The position numbers were made by a program, and so were the translations under genes. From Octopus vulgaris (taxonomy: Eukaryota): a DNA stretch of 64,000 nt. Location: the NCBI GenBank assembly GCA_951406725.2, contig OX597818.1:23312001-23376000 (forward strand). Reading direction: 5' to 3'. The notes under the pieces were generated by a model, which saw nothing but the letters and a program-made list of their open reading frames with translations, was not told where the DNA came from and searched no databases. Shown here piece after piece: positions 14,555 through 26,769 of this stretch (its first letter is position 1; each line of letters begins with the position of its first letter).

Positions 14555-16329
14555 CTGCAAGAAAAATCACTAGAAGTTATTTCAGAATAAGATTAAATAT
14601 ACTATTTAATCTAGAGCACATTACATAAGTGTAATAAGATTTCTGGAGATTTAGTTAATGTTCCAAATTAATTTTGCTATGAAAAAGTCACTTTTCTGAA
14701 GAATGGAGTTAATTTAAATGGTTTTTATATAATACAAATTTGTTTCAAGCTGATTCATAACAACCTAAAACAGCAGTGAATGAAGAGACTGAGAACACAT
14801 AAATGCAAAGCAACGAAATGGAAGAGTTGGCAGCCAACAAATAGTTAGATAATACCAGCTTCCTTTCTGAACAATTTACTCCTAATTTCCAGTAAAAACT
14901 ACCAGTAAATGTTATGAAAAAACATTTTTCAATAACAGATATACTATTTGTCTTTAGAAAGAAAACTAATATAGTTTCATTTGTTTTAGGTTTGTTTTCT
15001 CATGCTAGCATAGGTTGGTTGGATATTATTTGAGGCATTGTTTTACAGTTGGATGTCCTTTCTGAAGCTCACCCTTAATTGTTTTTCAAGTAAGGAAACA
15101 CTTATTCCACACAGCTTCAAACGCACCAAAGTGCCTGGATGATATGTTGACAAGAAAACTGACTATAACACTGACTGCCACACTTTTGTTCAAGTAATCA
15201 CAAAATGTAAACAAACACACATATGTGTACAACAGTCTTATTTCAAATCTACTCACAAGGCCTTGATCAGCCCAGGGCTATAGTAGAAAACACTTGTCCA
15301 CAGTTCCACACAGCTGGAATGAACTGAAAAACATGTGGTTCAGAACAAATTTTTCAATCACACAACCATGCATGTACATATTAGCCATGCCTCGGTAATT
15401 TTTCAGTGTTAAGTGACATCATAATCATGGCCAGTGCTGGTGAGATGTAAAAGACACCCAGTCCACTCTGTAGAGTGGTTGGCATTAGGAAAGACATCCA
15501 GCCAGAGAAACCAAGCCAAAACAGCTTACAATCTCCAGTGTAACCCATCCCAGCATGGAAAATGGATGTATGATGATGAGGACAATAAAACTTACTTGGA
15601 AGTCATATTTGTAGCAAATAACATGAAAGTCATTACAGATGTTAAACTTCACAATCTCTCATAATCTGACAACCTACTCTCCAATAGCTTCAAGACTCAC
15701 TCACTACATATAGCAAAGAAGGAAAGACTACTATCACAACAACCTTAAAACTAAAAATGCCCCACATGTATAACAATGACAAAAGACATTTGTTCCTCTC
15801 AGGAACCAGAAAATACTTTTTTGATCTAATTAGTTGATGACTCTCTTTAAAGCTCGAGTACAACCGAAAGAGTACTGCTGACATGGCTGGAACAATTCTG
15901 TTACTCCACATAGTAGAAAACTAATATAAATGATTACAAAACATTTCCTCAGTAGCAAAATGGTAATAATAATGACAATACACTAAACAGAAAGAGACAA
16001 CATACGGTTGGATAAGCGGCAAGAGTGTGAGAAGAGAGGCAGTTATAGTGCCTGGGGAGAGTGAGATATGTATCATGGTGGAGAGATAATTTAGTGGCAG
16101 GGAGGATGATCAATGCAAAATGTGAGTGGAGAGGGACACTATATTAAGAATGGAGGATGGCTGCCAAGTAAAGTGGTCACAGGTGGTGAGAAAGATAACT
16201 AGTATCACAGAAAAAGATGATGAAATATGTAGTTTTGTTCTCATTTAATTGCAACAGTAAAATATTACAGTTTGAAAGGTTATATACCTGTGCATGTGTT
16301 TCTGTCTGTGTGTGTGTGTGCATGTGCAT

Positions 16330-16660
16330 GAAGGTGCATGACTCAGTGGTTAGAGCATTGGGCTCACAATTATGAGGTAGTGAATTCAATTCCTGGACTG
16401 GCCTGTGTGTTGCGTTAGTGAGCAAAACACTTTATTTCATGTCGCTCCAGTTCACTCAGCTGTAGAAATGAGTTGCAACATCACTGTTGCCAAGCTGTAT
16501 TGGCTTTTGCCTTTCCCTTGGATAACACTGGTGGCATGGAGAGAGGAGGCTGGTATGCATGGGCGACTTCTTCCATAAACAACCTTGCCCAGACTTGTAC
16601 CTCAGAGGGGAACTTTCTAGGTATAATCCCACGGTCATACATGACCAAAGGGGTCTTTAC
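16330..16660 (+). mobile_element. tRNA-headed SINE (family B); further copies at 30194-30535 and 35611-35943
   Basis: tgactcagtggttagagc A-box, gaattcaattcc B-box, gagcaaaacactttatttc core. Confidence 0.8.
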
Positions 16661-16989
16661 CCTAAATATATATATATATATATTCACAAAATTCACAAAA
16701 TATATATATTCACGAATTCACAAAAAAACATAAGACAAAGACAGGTGGTGTAGAAAACAAACAGATGTATTAGTATAACGCTCAGGAATTGAAAAAGTCT
16801 TATATATATCATCATCATCATTTAACCTCTGCTTTCCATGCTGGCATGGGTCGGACAATTTGATTGAGGTCTGGCAGAGTTTCTACAGCTGGATGCCCTT
16901 CCTAACACCAACCACTTCAAGAGTGTAGTGGGTGCTTTTACATGCCACCAGCACAAGGGCCAGTTTGGTGGTACTGACAACAGCCACAC

Positions 16990-17034
<45 letters not shown>

Positions 17035-17154
17035 TACATGGTCAGTAAAATTTGGTGCTGTTTAACAGAATTTTGTAAATCTCATATGAACAAAAATCAG
17101 TTTCAATGAAGTTTAAAAGTATAGGGAAATAAAGTTTCAAGCAAGACAACTTAC

Positions 17155-17291
17155 CTGGTCATAATAAGTTCAGCTGTAGCCCAACCCATACCAGCAATAA
17201 GAAACTTAAGCTGGCCTTTAGCTGGAATGGAGTTCATTAGAAGATAAAGACCTACAAGGTCAGCAAGATCAACAAAGCATTTCAGTGTTTC
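17155..17291 (-). CDS. TMEM147: TMEM147 coding exon 3: ETLKCFVDLADLVGLYLLMNSIPAKGQLKFLIAGMGWATAELIMT(R)
   Basis: cttacag acceptor, GTAAGT donor, 137 nt, conserved GWATAELIM motif. Confidence 0.95.
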
Positions 17292-17749
17292 CTGTAAGAA
17301 AAAAGTAGAATTCCATAAACTCTAATTTTAAAAAATGTTGATATATTGGAATATTGTGACATATGTATAGGAGAAGGTGACTTGAGTCAGGTAGAAAGTG
17401 CTTTATCTGATGAAATGGAAGATGTGGAGACTTTAACAAGTGAATGGATAACATAAAGACTTGAATCAAATAGGAAATGTTGACAGTGAAGATTTTGAAT
17501 AATTAGTTTTGTAAAGGCTTTTGAAGTGTCAGTGACTAGAGATTTTAAAAGATTTCTGGTTCATCCTAATATCTTAAAAATTGTCTGGAATTATCTTCCA
17601 GGATAATATACAGAAACAATGCTGAAAAAACTATAAAGTACTTTCTATACCTAAAGTAAACGTAAAAAAACTCAATGAGCATTCTTTATATAAAGAAAAA
17701 AAGGAAAAGAATCTAATAAATTAATAAAATTTTTACTTTGTCAACTTAC

Positions 17750-17885
17750 CCCTACAACATCCAAAGAATCAGAACTAAATTCTGTAGCTGGAAAGAAGGT
17801 TGCTAACACCAACATCTTACATAGTTGAGTGAAAAGGTATGCAGTCCCAGCTTGGACACATTTCCAGAAGGCACTGTATTCAGCC
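17750..17885 (-). CDS. TMEM147: TMEM147 coding exon 2: (M)[45 protein letters not shown]
   Basis: tttag acceptor, GTAAGT donor, 136 nt open frame, conserved AFWKC motif. Confidence 0.95.
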
Positions 17886-18073
17886 CTAAAATATATTAAA
17901 AAATACATAGCAAATATCAAGACTGCTTAACAAAAATCAGATGCTCATGTCCAGAAAGTGTTTCAGATCTGAACATCTAATTCAATACAAAACACAAATG
18001 CTGTCCTATGCCTTATTACTTTGACTAATGTATTATTTATTCATTCCCATTATTTTGAATTAAGCATGCATTA

Positions 18074-18178
18074 TCTAAAAATATGCAATCACATAATTGA
18101 AATCTCAAAGCTTATAGCTTTGAGATCTCAAAGCTATAAGCTTTGAGATCTCAAGTATGTGATTGCATATTTTTAGAA
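18074..18178. repeat. Near-perfect palindrome (inverted duplication) inside a MITE remnant
   Basis: tctaaaaatatgcaatcacata..aagcttatagctttgaga|tctcaaagctataagctt..tatgtgattgcatatttttaga. Confidence 0.85.
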
Positions 18179-18282
18179 TGACATTATAGAATAGATGCGA
18201 GAAGCTGAATCTGGCCAATTCGAAGATAAAACATGTAGAATATTTGGGCCATATATGGCCAGTTTAAATGCCAAAGGGTTAA

Positions 18283-18502
18283 CCCTTTCATTACTAACCC
18301 GGCTGAAATCGACTTTGACTCTGAGTACAAATGTCTTGTTTTCATAAGTTTTGAATTAAAATCTTCCACCAAACCTTAGTCACAGTTTATGTTCCTAACA
18401 TTGGCTGAATGATAACTAAGTAATTTTACTAAATTCTTTGTTATATTTAAAGTAATTGAAAGAAACACAGAGCATCTCAAAATAAATACAGTAAGGAAAG
18501 GG
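18283..18502. mobile_element. piggyBac-like MITE (second family) sharing a TTAA with an adjacent MITE copy that ends at 18278
   Basis: aaaggg|ttaa|ccctttc ... gaaaggg|ttaa. Confidence 0.7.
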
Positions 18503-19018
18503 TTAAACTACACTTTATGCATCTAGAAGAATATACCTAGCATGCACATACACATTTGGGCCTCTTTAGAGGAAAACAAAAATAACATTATCCAATTGAC
18601 AAGTTTTCACTCATCAACACTATGACCAGTCTAACCCTTTCTCTTCCACTCTACTGCATCTGACTTTGCCCCACTAAACACCAAGTTAATAGTATACCGC
18701 CACATGTTGCTCTAACTCAATGCACTAACCTTCTCCACTTCCACCATCTTTACACTCACTAAACACTGCCTACAATTACACTCTGAAACTTGTTTTTACC
18801 AATCAAACCAATGAAGGAGCCTCAAACATTCAGCCTGCAGCAGCATTTAATCTGACCTCAAGTCCAGTTTTATCAAAGGAAAACATTATCAATTTTTAAT
18901 TTTAAAATATTCTGTAAAATATGTTTATATTGCTAGCATGCATTCAAGGTCAGATGCCAATTAGAATTGTGATTAGACAAATCAATGATTCTTTCACAAT
19001 CTCAGAGTTCTTACTTAA

Positions 19019-19238
19019 CCCTTGAACATTCAGATTATTCTGTCAAAAGTAATACTTCTTTATTCACATTGCTTTGAATTAGCCATGCATTAACTTGTAG
19101 CTTTGAGACTTCAATGATGTGATTGAGTATTTTTAGAACGACATTGCAGGGTAGGTGTGACAAGCCAGATCTGGCTAGTTTGAACATAAAGTGGGTTGAA
19201 TATTTGGGCTGGATATGGGCTGTTAAAATGCTGAAGGG
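19019..19238. mobile_element. piggyBac-like MITE, 220 bp
   Basis: TTAA TSDs at 19015-19018 and 19239-19242; CCCTT/AAGGG ends. Confidence 0.75.
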
Positions 19239-19256
19239 TTAATACAACTGTATATA

Positions 19257-20481
19257 TCTAGCATATATAAATCACAGTATGTGTGGGTGTATTGACTAAC
19301 GCAAACATTTCCACAATTCTCAACTGATTTTCACCAAACTTTATACACACATTACTTATGTCCCAAGGATGGTCATGCACAATAACATTCTACCCAGAGC
19401 TCCTGCATAAATGGGCATACTAGGAAAAACGATGGTTTACACAGGCTTTTCTCTAATTCATTGTATGTAGGGTCTTCCACATTTTTTTAATCTATACAGT
19501 CATATATTGGCATTAGAAAATATTTTCTAGTGGCTTTCACATTTTTTTGGTTTATTATTTATTTATATGTTGTGATTGTGTATTTTTATTTTCTATATTT
19601 TTTTATATGTGTATTGAGTGTTTTGGTTAGAGAATATTATAAAAGTGAAAGGATTTTGTCTATTTATTTTGACTGCTTCCCATACTTTTTTAATCTATAT
19701 GGTCGTATATTTGCATTACAGAATATTTTTTTGTTATTTTCACATTTTTTTTATTTATTATTTATTTATATGTTGTAATTATGTATTATCACTTTCTATA
19801 TTTTTTTATATATGTGTATTGTTCGAGTGTTTTCATTGGAGAATATCATAAAAGTGAAAGGATTTTGTCTATTTATTTATTTATTTTGACTGTCCACTTG
19901 CAATGGTGATTGAATTGACCAGGAACACTGTACGCAATGAATATCCAGTACCAAACAATCCTAATTTCCATATTTAAACTGCATTAAACTTTGGCAAGCT
20001 TACCTTTACCTATTATGAGTTACTTGAAAGGTGATGTTCCCGTCTCTCTCCTCTATTTGTTTATACCTTTGTTTACCTACCAATGCGTTATTTCACAGGA
20101 TGCTTATTTACCCATCCATTATGATATTTTGACTGTTGTCCATTGTTTCAAATATGCTTTAGCATTGTCATTCTAGCCTTTTTTAAACAACCACAAGAAA
20201 TTTCACTTTCATGTACAACAACTATATTTTGTAGTCATTATCTGTAATCTACTCCCAAAACACTTCAGTAGCACTACTTTGCATTGCATGCAAATTTATA
20301 TGTTCTATGATCATAAAAGTGCAATGACCTCCACAATAACCGGCCTTCAATTTGGTTTTCTGTTAAGTTAATCGGAAACAGATTGCTGTGCTACACATAA
20401 ACCTTCTCAGTAGTTCAATTGTTTGGTGAAAAATACCACCAAAGCAACTTAAACCATCCAAAAGACGGGTGTGTTTGCTAG
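19257..20481 (+). mobile_element. Non-autonomous Helitron-like element
   Basis: A|TC start; 3' hairpin ccatc-caaaa-gacgg, then CTAG|T; internal duplication 19586-19675 / 19793-19892. Confidence 0.6.
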
Positions 20482-21407
20482 TATATATATATATATATAT
20501 ATATATATTTCATAAACCATGTCAATGAATTTTTACCACATAACTCTGCATCTCTGCTCACAAACTTTGCTAACACTTCATATTCTTTCCTTTCTTTATT
20601 GTTAATAAAGTTGTTACATATGAACCCTTTTAATCATTTACTTTGACTTACATTATGAAGAGGATTTTTTTTTAGGAATAACTAAATCTATCCATCCTGC
20701 AAGACCTAGCTTATGCTTCAGTCTAGCCCACAAAGCCTAACAAGTTTGATATTCTTGTCTTTACAAGACCACTCGACCTGCTAGAAATAGTAACCAAATC
20801 TCTCTCAAATCATGCAATATCATTTTAAAAAAGTACCCATTAAATGATGTCATCCTAGGTACAGTATCTGAAAGAATGACATACATTTGATCATAATGCT
20901 GCACATTTCAAGCTTATCTGATGCTAAACAACTTTCTTCCCTTCACATGCCAATATTACTATGTTTATTGCACTACACTATGAGACCTACATAAAACCAG
21001 GTGGACTGGGTTGTTAACAGCTAGGTATCTTTAGGTGATTCCTGTACCCTTATTAATCTACTTAATTATGTGCCATTACCATCAGCTTTTTCCCTAGTAC
21101 ACTATATTCTCAACAGAGGGTGATACTGAACAGAAGATATGTCACAGACTGTCTTGCAAGGTTTACTTCACTAAAAGCCTTGGAATGCTGATATAATTAC
21201 ACTTCTAAAGTTTTTGAAAGATTAACTAAGGAAGTATTAAAATAAACAATGTTGGAGGTGTCACAATTAAAAAACCAAAGCAATTACTACTGTAAAGCCT
21301 AGAATGACACTAAAACTGAGACCGGCTATAAATAGTAACCAAATTCCCTTGGATGATGCTCTAACATCTTAAGAACAGGACACATTGGAGAACATAATTC
21401 AACACAA

Positions 21408-21488
21408 GGCGGAGGTAAACCACCGGTTTTCGGTGTAATTAAAACCCTAACCTCCAACCTCCGGGTTTACGTATTCTTTATCTTCGCC
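21408..21488. mobile_element. Tiny (81 bp) GG-ended TIR element with 8-9 bp TSD (caacacaa)
   Basis: ggcggaggtaaa / tttatcttcgcc termini; caacacaa at 21400-21407 and 21490-21497; internal accctaacc. Confidence 0.6.
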
Positions 21489-21616
21489 CCAACACAATTC
21501 TGAAAAAGAAGAATCTATGCGGCTCGAATACCTCTGAACATATCTGCTCAGTTGGGGCTGACATGGAGCTAATCACTTACATAAAGTTTTTAAAATATAT
21601 TTTCTACTATACTTAC

Positions 21617-21693
21617 ATTCCAGAACATCTGTACACTATTACATAAGGCACGTATGCCAATGCGACACAGTTCCCGAAGTGAAATAAAGTCAT
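21617..21693 (-). CDS. TMEM147: TMEM147 coding exon 1 (proximal copy): [25 protein letters not shown]
   Basis: ATG at 21693; donor GTAAGT at 21616-21611; 77 nt, phase 2. An identical copy lies at 22148-22224. Confidence 0.85.
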
Positions 21694-22147
21694 AATTGGA
21701 AGCCGACAGAAAGCAGGTGGACATTTCAATGATAAAAAATTCGAAATTTTAAGAGAGTAATTTTAAAATAATTGTTTCTTACAGATATGAATTTAAAGCA
21801 CAATTATTATTAGTAAATAATCTAAAATTTGCTAGTTTTTGGTTTGGTAAATTTCTCCTCGGTAAGGAATGAATGCCGTTATTTCGGTAAAAAAGAAAGC
21901 AAAATAAAAGGGAAACATTGCCATATAGGCATTTTATATAAATTATAGTGGCCTTATATAGTTATGTATAGTTAACAAAGTATATTATAACGATCTGAGA
22001 GTCAAATTATTACGTTTAGAAAGTTAAATTAGAATTAAACACGATGGACCATGCTCGTTACTTACACGGTCGGTGAAACATGCTACGATGTTGATGTTCG
22101 TTTTCACTTACATAAAGTTTTTAAAATATATTTTCTACTATACTTAC

Positions 22148-22224
22148 ATTCCAGAACATCTGTACACTATTACATAAGGCACGTATGCCAATGCGACACA
22201 GTTCCCGAAGTGAAATAAAGTCAT
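22148..22224 (-). CDS. TMEM147: TMEM147 coding exon 1 (distal identical copy; which copy is used is unknown)
   Basis: Exact duplicate of 21617-21693 at offset 531 bp, including the ATG and the GTAAGT donor. Confidence 0.6.
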
Positions 22225-22754
22225 AATTGGAAGCCGACAGAAATACTTTCTTAATCAAGCAACGAAACGGTGTAAAAGGGAAAAAAACCCCAAAGCTAAT
22301 ACATAACTATACATCATTTTGTTCGGTAACTATCTTAAAGCCGACGAACTCTACAAAAACAAAAACTATAAATAAACACAGTGACTCACTTAATACATAG
22401 ATCTTTGATTTATTAATTTTTTATCAAATATTATATCAAATTATTGATACTTCAATGAGAACGTATTTCCGGCCGGAATTTTTTAAAGCTGGATACTTAT
22501 ACGCATTCAGTTTCCTGGGCTCTTACATACTTAAAAACCATCCTTCCGAAATTCCTGTTTTTCAAATTTTGTACAATGTGTTATTAAAAATGAATATTGG
22601 TTATTGTTTTCCTTTTCATTATTTTTTTTTTTTAACTTTTTCTTCTGAAATTACATAACTATTTTATGCGTGTATTTATGACTTAGTTACCGTTTCCAAG
22701 GGAAACATTCTTACCTTTTTGTTTCTCTAAACGAAACAAGAAAAGTTAGACGAA
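22225..22754. promoter_or_regulatory. Bidirectional promoter region between TMEM147 and CFAP126
   Basis: Divergent start codons 531 bp (distal exon-1 copy) or 1062 bp (proximal copy) apart; repeat-free and locally richer in CpG. Confidence 0.65.
22692..22706. promoter_or_regulatory. RFX X-box-like palindrome GTTTCC-AAG-GGAAAC
   Basis: Perfect inverted half-sites with a 3-nt spacer, about 50 bp upstream of the ATG of a ciliary gene; fits the relaxed X-box consensus GTHNYY-N0-3-RRNAAC. Confidence 0.6.
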
Positions 22755-22781
22755 ATGTCGAGACAATTCTCTGCTAATCAG
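22755..22781 (+). CDS. CFAP126: CFAP126 coding exon 1: MSRQFSANQ
   Basis: gaaATGtcg...aatcag|GTAAC donor; 27 nt, phase 0; matches the Flattop N-terminal SANQ motif. Confidence 0.85.
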
Positions 22782-22917
22782 GTAACGAAGTGTATTTATC
22801 CATTTTCTCTGCTTCTACCTCACCGTGCTTTATCTTTATAATGATTGACAATACACACACATGCACTATAAATGTGCATATATGTTTATACATGCATTAT
22901 ACAGTTTTATGTAAGTA

Positions 22918-22955
<38 letters not shown>

Positions 22956-23327
22956 CACATACACACACACACTGTACAATTTTGAACCATATATATATAT
23001 ATTCTACAGTTATATACATAATTATAATCAGGGGTCAGCTAAGTGCCTCGCCACATACTGAATTAGAAATAGACGCTAATGTCTTTTTAACTACCACACA
23101 CACACATATATATATATATATATAGGTAAGATTCAAGTATCAAGGTTTAGGAAAAGAGTAGGATCTTCAAGTAGTCTGTAGAGGGTATAAAAAACAACTT
23201 TCAGGAATAATAGTGGTTTATTGATGTAGAAGGTTCTAAATTTTTCGCGTATCGAAATTCAATAAGCTGAAAAGATTGTTTTATAGATTATGGTTTGCAG
23301 CAGGGGTTGCTGTGTATGCAAAAAGAA

Positions 23328-23697
23328 ATCAAAAATTAGGAAATGGAGTTGATAAAATCCAGGTTACATATGTTTCATAGCTAGCAGAACCTTGGAAGTA
23401 GTAATTATCCAAATGAAGGGTAATGCACTAGTTACTAATCAGGCCAACAATATCTTAATCAAAAGTTTACATTGTCATCAAGGGATCTTATGTTTACTTG
23501 CAGGAGATTTGATTGGAAATCATGCAAGTCAACATGGGATCCCTTGACAACAATGTAAACTTCTTTTGATTAAGGTGTCTTTTGCCTGACAAGTGGCTAG
23601 TGGATTACTTCTTGTTTGGATAATCACAACTTCTGAGGTTTGCTAGCTATGAAACATGTAACCTGGATTTTATCTACTCCATTCCCTAATTTTGGAT
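23328..23697. repeat. Diverged ~175-bp-arm inverted repeat with a degenerate hammerhead core in each arm (Penelope pLTR-like)
   Basis: 23328-23502 pairs with 23523-23697. Plus arm: CTGACAA-gtggctag...ctagctat-GAAA-catg-TA-acc. Confidence 0.6.
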
Positions 23698-24179
23698 CTG
23701 TGTGTGTGTGTGCAGAAGATTGAAAGAAAGGCAAGCACAGTACAGAAACAGGGAGAGGGATAGTCAATGTAATGTGCAAGTGTAGAGAGCAATATCAATG
23801 GATGAAGAATGGCTAATAAATAAAATAGTTCCATGTAGCATCACCACCATTATCATCAGTATCAACACCAAGACTACACTAGTTCAACCTCTGGCATTAC
23901 CAGTCGGTGACTTCTTAATGGCCAACAGCTACAACAACAATAGTACAAACAACTCCATCTGAAATGAAAACCAGTCACATGAGAAAGTGATGCTCTTGTA
24001 AATTTTAAATGTTGACTGAATTGTTTTTTTTTATCCTAGATCAATATATATGTATATGATGGCTATCTACTTGTGATCAAGGAAGATCATCACATGATCA
24101 TTAAGAACATTGTCAACTCAGACAAAATTATACATTACTTTTGCAGCTCCACTGGTGACTAATAAGCCCAGTTCCATAA

Positions 24180-24640
24180 TAAACATAAATGTCTGTAGAT
24201 ATTGTAGATCAAGTTTCCCCTCTTCCCTACACTGCTGGTGTTTATTTGAGCAGCTCACTTAAGTTCAGCATGCAAAATGCATGTTTCTTCAAAAATACCT
24301 ACTCCATCCTTTCTCATTACCTCCATTAGTTGTGATAACTGACATTGCTTTCCCAATTAACTGCTCATATTTCACATACCTTCAATGAGGGATTTGCACA
24401 ATACTTAAATTGTAGTCTTACTTTCTGCTTGGGACACTTTCCACAAACAAGTTTACCATATAGCAACTGTTCAGGGATCCTCCAATCATTCATCTGAACA
24501 AGGTGTCCAGTCCAATGTAAATGGTGCTTGTGCATCATTGCCTCAATGCTCAGCATGTTGGCTCCCCTCCAGACCTCTGTGCTTGGGGTCTGCAAGGGCC
24601 ACCCAACATTTAGAATGTCTCATGGAATCTCTGTTGGAAG
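24180..24640 (-). mobile_element. RTE-clade LINE C-terminal fragment (different family)
   Basis: HLHWTGHLVQMNDWRIPEQLLYGKL motif in ORF 24365-24595. Confidence 0.75.
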
Positions 24641-25829
24641 GATTCATGTAGCATATGAGCAAAGGGACAATGTCAGCTCATACAATACATAGTAACTCTA
24701 ATTTGCCTTATAATGGGTATGGGGTATACTGACGTGAGCTCAAAAGAAAAGAGGCAAAAAATATAAGGTGTTGATAAGAAAACAGATAGAAACTAACATA
24801 TATGACAAGGGATAGATATATAAAGTTCAAGAATTACAGGAATGCATATAGAAAGAAGTGGCCTGTGCCAATATGGGTATGGAAAGAGGATGCTAAGTGG
24901 GATGGCATGAATGATACATATAGAGTAGCAAAAGTGTATGAGACAAGTAAATTTGAATTATCAGTTAACTAAGCTAACCAAAGGGGGCATTATGTGACGA
25001 GGGAGCTACAGTTTCAGAGTGGGGAGTAAAGTACAAGATAAAATCTACAAAACTATTTCCAGATGTGTTCTATGTTGATCAGTGCAATGTGTATGGGTAG
25101 GAAAATGTTATGTTAATTCAGTGGTTCTCAGCTCCATTCTTCAGGAGCAAAATCCTTTGAATAGGTTTTCTAAGATTTGGATTTTGGAATCAGGGCATAA
25201 AGATGATTAGTATGGGATAAATATGTCATGATTAGAATTTTTGTTAGGGTGTGTAAAGAGGGAAAGAACCCTCATTAAAATTCTTAATCCCCAATTTTGA
25301 TGAAATTTGAATCCTAGGTATTCTAGTTCATTAGAAAATATAAAAGAAAAGTCTAATTTTACAATTCCATGTGACATTAGTGACACTGGGTATCTGTGCT
25401 AGTTTATTATAAGAATAAGGATTTAACAAGTTTAATGAAAAGTATGAATATGGTTAAATGTAGGTATAGGAGAAGCATAGAAGTAAAAATTAAGAGCTTT
25501 AAATCTTTTACATTAACTGGGAATACAATAAGTGGTTACTGGAATATAATATTTAGTTAAATCGTTGTACTGGAATTACCAGCAGAATGTAGAGTAAAAT
25601 AAAGAATCATGGAATATGATATCATATAAAGTTTGATTAAGTGGTAAATTTAGAATAGGAATAGTAAATAAGCATTTCAGAGAAGGATGTAGGATGGTAT
25701 ATCATAGTATAAGAAGAGGGATGACAGGGTGCTCTAAGAATTAAATTAAATTAAACATATAATGCACCTATAGTTTATGTAGGTGAGAACTGTGTGGAGA
25801 GATTCAAAGTGTGACATTTAGACTTATGA

Positions 25830-26240
25830 TAAAATCAGAATGTTTTGAAGACTCTTTGGGCATAAGTGATAAACACATCATTTTGTCAATTCAAGTAATT
25901 GTGGTGAATAGTGTAATAGGATTTGTATAGATTCTTTTAAGCATAACCAGCATGATGCATGGCTTCCCTAGTATGACATTTCAGTATTAATGATAGACCT
26001 AGTAATATTATATGGTACACTATTTCTCTTAAGATTGTGTATGTGGTTAGCTAATGGGGTAGACTTATTGTGTTTAGTAGATTTAGAAGAGCTCAGATGA
26101 GTTACCAATGTATATCCTCATGGAGTTTTATTGTTTGTTAAGGACAGTGTATTCATAAACAATATTAAATCTACTGCAGTTGCCTTGTAATGGACAATTA
26201 TTATGCATTTTACAGTTGCATCCTTTCCTATTGGACTTCC
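25830..26240 (-). mobile_element. Penelope-like element GIY-YIG endonuclease remnant
   Basis: Minus-strand translation CNCKMHNNCPLQGNCSRFNIVYEY...IYIGNSS...STPLANHIHNLK...CWLCLKE, i.e. the CNC..CPL.G.C / VY..YIG / C.LCL.E pattern of PLE GIY-YIG domains; disrupted by stops. Confidence 0.75.
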
Positions 26241-26343
26241 ATTATGTTTGATTATTAGTATTATTACTAAGACATCTATCTGGGGTTAAAATAATGCTAT
26301 CAGATTCATCTCTGTCATATTTGTTATATTCCATAGAGTTGTC

Positions 26344-26423
<80 letters not shown>

Positions 26424-26678
26424 TATTATTGTTGTTGTTGTTGTTGTTGTTATTATTATTATTAGAGCAGCAAGCTGGCAGAATCATTAGCATGCCAGGC
26501 GAAATGCACTTGTGGCACTTTGTCTGTCTGCACATTCTGAGTTCAAATTTCACCAAGGTTGACTTTGCCTTTCTTCCTTTCAGGGTTGATAAATTAAGTA
26601 CCAGTGAAACACTGGAGTCAATGCAATCGACTGATCCCCTCCCCCAAAATTTCATGCCTTGAGCCTCTAGTAGAAAAG

Positions 26679-26769
<91 letters not shown>

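Larger units (their letters stand above)
12482..21693 (-). other. TMEM147: Gene model: transmembrane protein 147 (BOS/nicalin-NOMO complex subunit), 6 coding exons, 672 nt CDS = 223 aa
   Basis: Exons 21693-21617, 17885-17750, 17291-17155, 14554-14470, 14300-14179 and 12596-12482 all have GT..AG boundaries with compatible phases (77+136+137+85+122+115=672). The translation [17 protein letters not shown]...[13 protein letters not shown]...[23 protein letters not shown] matches the conserved TMEM147 sequence as I recall it. Confidence 0.95.
21573..22243. repeat. Exact 140-bp direct duplication (21573-21712 = 22104-22243) containing TMEM147 exon 1
   Basis: Base-by-base identity from tcacttacataaag to aagccgacagaaa in both copies. 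Confidence 0.95.

Noticed and set aside
16330-16400. tRNA-like A/B boxes (also at 30194, 31637 and 55350-55417)
   Set aside because: These are SINE heads continuing into repeat bodies; there is no complete cloverleaf.
21575-21580. Second GTAAGT donor 36 nt into TMEM147 intron 1 as a coding alternative
   Set aside because: Extending the exon reads ATG-TAA, an immediate in-frame stop.
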